Source: Nitrosopumilus sp. (GTDB lineage Archaea > Thermoproteota > Nitrososphaeria > Nitrososphaerales > Nitrosopumilaceae). From it: a stretch of 64,000 bases of DNA. This document shows, one piece after another, positions 60,675 to 64,000 of the stretch (positions within the stretch are counted from its first letter, which is position 1; each line of letters begins with the position of its first letter). The notes beneath the pieces are model-generated. The model saw only the letters and a program-made list of their open reading frames with translations. It was not told where the DNA came from and searched no databases. The translations under genes were made by a program, and so were the position numbers. Location: the NCBI GenBank assembly GCA_965205675.1, contig OZ242186.1, positions 64,001-128,000 of the forward strand, given 5' to 3'.

Positions 60675-61739
60675 ATGAAACAGCGTAGAAAGAATCTTCT
60701 CAAATATGCTCAACAGATCGATTGTGATACTTTGGTTACATTTGAGCCTGAAAATTTGTTTTATATGACTGGATTTTGGGGTGAAGCAATTGGCCTACTT
60801 GAAAAAAATGGGAAAACGACGATAATTGCTCCTGAACTTGAGATTGGAAGAGCAAGAGAAGAATCTGTAGATTGTAATGTGATTAATGCAGAACGAGGTG
60901 AAGGCCTTGTCACTTTAGTGATTAAAAAAATCAAGAAAAATCAAGTTTGCACTGACTGTCAAAATTATTCTGTAATGATGTCCTTAAAAAAATCAATTCC
61001 AAAAATAAAATCATCAATTGAACCATTTTACAATGCTAGAATCATTAAAGATGAGAAAGAAATCAAAGTTCTCAAGAAAGCATCAAAAATTATAGATGAA
61101 ATGTTCCAAATATGTTCTAAAAAAATGAAAGTTGATCAAAAAGAATCTGAATTACAAACAATTCTGATGACATATGCAATGGAACAAGAAATGTTTGACA
61201 CTGGCTACAAATCTACATTAAACCCATTAATTATCGCAGGAGGCCCAAATGGAGCATTACCCCATGCTCAAGTTACAAATAGAAAATTCAAAAAAGGTGA
61301 TCTTGTAGTAACTGATCTTACATTAAGATACAAAGGATATGTCTCTGATGCAACTAGGACATTTGCACTTGGAAAAATTTCATCACAAGCAAATGAAGCA
61401 TATAAAATTGTTAAAGAATCTCAAAGACTTGGATTAAAAGCTGTAAAACCAAATATTGATTGTAAAGATATTGATTCTGCATGTAGAAAATATATTAATA
61501 AAAAAGATTTTGGTCAATACTTTATCCATTCTACTGGTCATGGAATTGGATTAGAAGTCCATGAATTACCTACTATTTCTTATAAAAGTAATACAAAATT
61601 AAAAAAAAATATGGCAATTACTGTAGAACCTGGCATTTACATTCAAAATAAATTTGGAATTAGAATAGAAGACTCATTGATCGTAAAAGAACGACCAATC
61701 ATTATGCATAAATTTACTAAAGATTTAGTTACAATTTAA
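60675..61739 (+). CDS. Xaa-Pro peptidase (M24)
   Basis: SDATRT, HSTGHGIGLEVHE, EPGIY, RIED. Confidence 0.92.
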   Translation: MKQRRKNLLKYAQQIDCDTLVTFEPENLFYMTGFWGEAIGLLEKNGKTTIIAPELEIGRAREESVDCNVINAERGEGLVTLVIKKIKKNQVCTDCQNYSVMMSLKKSIPKIKSSIEPFYNARIIKDEKEIKVLKKASKIIDEMFQICSKKMKVDQKESELQTILMTYAMEQEMFDTGYKSTLNPLIIAGGPNGALPHAQVTNRKFKKGDLVVTDLTLRYKGYVSDATRTFALGKISSQANEAYKIVKESQRLGLKAVKPNIDCKDIDSACRKYINKKDFGQYFIHSTGHGIGLEVHELPTISYKSNTKLKKNMAITVEPGIYIQNKFGIRIEDSLIVKERPIIMHKFTKDLVTI

Positions 61740-61747
61740 GCTTATTT

Positions 61748-62230
61748 TTAGTCATAATAATTAACCAAGTCAATTATATGTTTTGCATTTGGATTGTTTG
61801 AAATAATTTCCTCAGACATTATATTCACATTCCAATCATAATTCATTTCACCGTTATATGATTTAAAATTAAAATTTACTTTGTATTCTTTAGAATCTAC
61901 ATTTGTTACAACTAAATCAACTATCGTTTTTTTATGATCAAAGATTTTTTCATTAGGGTACTCTTCACCAATTCTATTCTCTAATGCTTCTAAGACTGTT
62001 AATCCATCATTATTTGGACCATCATATTTCATTAAAATATCAATTACTTGTTTTTCATCGGCCGAAAATTCTGGAAAACTTTTCTCGAGTGTTCCTTTGG
62101 TATATTCAGGAATTACAAATACAACTAACATTGCGATCAGAGCAAGATAGATTGGAGCCCTCTTTCTCAGAAATGACTTAAAATCATTCTTTTTTGGTTT
62201 ACCTTCTTTTTTCTTGCTTTCTTTATCCAT
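61748..62230 (-). CDS. Single-TM hypothetical protein
   Basis: 160-aa ORF with one TM. Confidence 0.65.
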   Translation of the reverse strand: MDKESKKKEGKPKKNDFKSFLRKRAPIYLALIAMLVVFVIPEYTKGTLEKSFPEFSADEKQVIDILMKYDGPNNDGLTVLEALENRIGEEYPNEKIFDHKKTIVDLVVTNVDSKEYKVNFNFKSYNGEMNYDWNVNIMSEEIISNNPNAKHIIDLVNYYD

Positions 62231-62241
62231 ATCTCTTCAAT

Positions 62242-63084
62242 CTAATTTTTAGCACTTAGAATTAAAACTTGCCAAGGAAATAAAATCTCTCCATTTTTCT
62301 TCGTATATTGTAATGTTTTATCTTTGACTAACTGTTTTAATTCTTTTCTTTCTGCATAATCTAACTTGTTTATCTTTTCTTTTAGTGGTTTTGTAATATA
62401 TTTTAAATAATTTTTCCAATAATCATCAAATTTTCCTGGACTAAAATAAAAAACATAATCTTTTACAATGATTTTTGAAAATCCTGCTTTATTTACTTCT
62501 TTTTTTAATGACAATTTTGTTCCAAATCTATCAAGATCTGGAGAATTTGATGGAATATAATCTGGAATATACTTGATAACTGAATCAATAATACTATTAA
62601 AGAAAGGAACACCATCTTTACTTCCATGTACAGAAATCCCAATATTTCCTGATTTTTTGAGACTATTTTTCATATTTTTTAATGCTTTTTGAGCATTAGG
62701 AAAAAAAAACAAAGCATACTGACAAGTAACAACATCAAATTTCTTTGAAAAATTGAATTTCTCTGCATCTATATTTATAAAATTTATATTTGATTTTTTT
62801 CCATTCCATTTTTTTGCGATTTTAATTGCTGTATTTGACGTATCTATTCCTACAACATATCCTGACTTTCCAATTTTCTTTTGAATTTCATTTGTAACTA
62901 CCCCTGTTCCACATGCAACATCCAATACCGTATCACCTTTGTTGATGTTTACTGATTCCATTAGTTTTTTTGTACTTTGAAATGGTCCTTTATTGACACT
63001 AGCCCATCTTTTATGATATCTTGGAGCAACTTCATTCCAAATTTTCATATTTCGTTGTTTGTATTCTGAATGAACGAATTTCAT
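62242..63084 (-). CDS. Class I SAM-dependent methyltransferase (UbiE-like)
   Basis: VLDVACGTG, FDVVTC. Confidence 0.88.
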   Translation of the reverse strand: MKFVHSEYKQRNMKIWNEVAPRYHKRWASVNKGPFQSTKKLMESVNINKGDTVLDVACGTGVVTNEIQKKIGKSGYVVGIDTSNTAIKIAKKWNGKKSNINFINIDAEKFNFSKKFDVVTCQYALFFFPNAQKALKNMKNSLKKSGNIGISVHGSKDGVPFFNSIIDSVIKYIPDYIPSNSPDLDRFGTKLSLKKEVNKAGFSKIIVKDYVFYFSPGKFDDYWKNYLKYITKPLKEKINKLDYAERKELKQLVKDKTLQYTKKNGEILFPWQVLILSAKN

Positions 63085-63118
63085 ATTACTACATATGTAT
63101 ACAATCTTTGATCTATTT

Positions 63119-63286
63119 TTATGTAATCTCTTCTAAATCTGATTTTAGTATTCTATCGGCTTCATGATAATATCCATGTTCAATTTTATTAATTTTTTCT
63201 TTTAATTTACTATTATTTGATTTTAGGAATTTTAAATTAATTTCTTTATATTCGGTAACTAATTTTCTAAGTTCAGATTTTTTTAT
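63119..63286 (-). pseudogene. 55-codon ORF (KKSELRKLVTEY...YYHEADRILKSDLEEIT) beginning with ATA instead of ATG
   Basis: Open frame that fills the gap; the ATA overlaps the coaBC TAA stop. Confidence 0.45.
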
Positions 63287-64000
63287 TTAATTTTATTTTC
63301 AATTTCTTTTTTAATAAGTTTAGAAATTTTTTCTTTATTAATCCATTTTGAAACAATATTCTTTTCTGAGTTTACAATGATAATTTGATTATTTTGAGAA
63401 TTTTTCTTATATCTAAAAGTTCCTACATCATTTGCAATTATCATATCTGCAGATGACTCTCTCAATTTTTTTTCTGCTGATTTTATTAGTTGAGTTTTTG
63501 TTAGATTTGTTTCAGCTTTAAAACCCACTAAAAAGAGATCTTTTTGATATTTTTTTATTTGATCTATGATTTTGGGAGCTTTTTTGAGGCTAATATTTAT
63601 ATTTGATTTTGAACTCTTAATTTTCTTTTTACTCTGAATGGTTGGAACATAATCTGCAATGGCTGCTGCCATAATGACAATATCGAATTTTTTCTTTAAT
63701 TCTGACTTGACTGCAATATGCATTTCTTTACTAGATAAAACATTAATTATTTTTGCACCTTTTGGTGGTTTTTCTTCTCCTGGCCCATAAACCAAAGTGA
63801 CTTTAGCTCCTGCAGAAATTAATTCAAATGCTAAACTAACTCCTGTTTTTCCAGAACTTTGGTTTGTAATTACTCGTACTGGATCTATATGTTCAATTGT
63901 AGGTCCGGCAGTCATTAATATTTTTTTATTTTTTAATGTAGATGAAATTCCAAATTTCTTTGATACATTTTCTAAAACATCTTCAGGTTCGGGAGATTTT
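63283..64000 (-). CDS. coaBC: CoaBC bifunctional protein, C-terminal (CoaB) part; runs off the window
   Basis: TAGPTIEHIDPVR, SSGKTG, AAAIADY, VGFKAE, IIAND. Confidence 0.92.
   Translation of the reverse strand, partial: KSPEPEDVLENVSKKFGISSTLKNKKILMTAGPTIEHIDPVRVITNQSSGKTGVSLAFELISAGAKVTLVYGPGEEKPPKGAKIINVLSSKEMHIAVKSELKKKFDIVIMAAAIADYVPTIQSKKKIKSSKSNINISLKKAPKIIDQIKKYQKDLFLVGFKAETNLTKTQLIKSAEKKLRESSADMIIANDVGTFRYKKNSQNNQIIIVNSEKNIVSKWINKEKISKLIKKEIENKIK

Overview
AT-rich archaeal chromosome segment. Gene content points to an ammonia-oxidising Nitrosopumilaceae-type thaumarchaeon: RpoL-TFS-PCNA, aCPSF1, proteasome beta, G1P dehydrogenase, SepF, PEFG-CTERM-type surface proteins and a tRNA with a BHB intron. 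The lineage is inferred from protein resemblance, not from a search. About three quarters of the window is housekeeping. Five accessory patches break it up. (1) 1-8.9 kb: a two-gene secreted-protein operon between IS ends. It includes a 1566-aa protein with three Venus-flytrap (PBP1) domains and two Cache-like domains inserted into the middle one. An ISH3 element carrying a nested IS630 and a 140-bp MITE follows. (2) 13.6-15.7 kb: a cluster of decayed IS remnants with a second MITE, between mscS and a KamA-like aminomutase/glnA pair. (3) 22.5-23.7 kb: a decayed blue-copper surface-protein gene hit by the same 140-bp MITE. (4) 27.8-33.1 kb: an att-bounded integrated element with a broken tyrosine integrase and an intact, translationally coupled DprA-PRTase (ShosTA-like) pair beside a divergent PIN gene, the best candidate for an archaeal defence system. 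(5) 47.8-49.2 kb: a metallothionein-like micro-ORF and a dead IS1595 with a perfect 12-bp x13.7 tandem expansion. A 32-32-32 repeat-spacer-repeat also sits just upstream of PCNA. All calls come from reading the sequence; no database searches were run.
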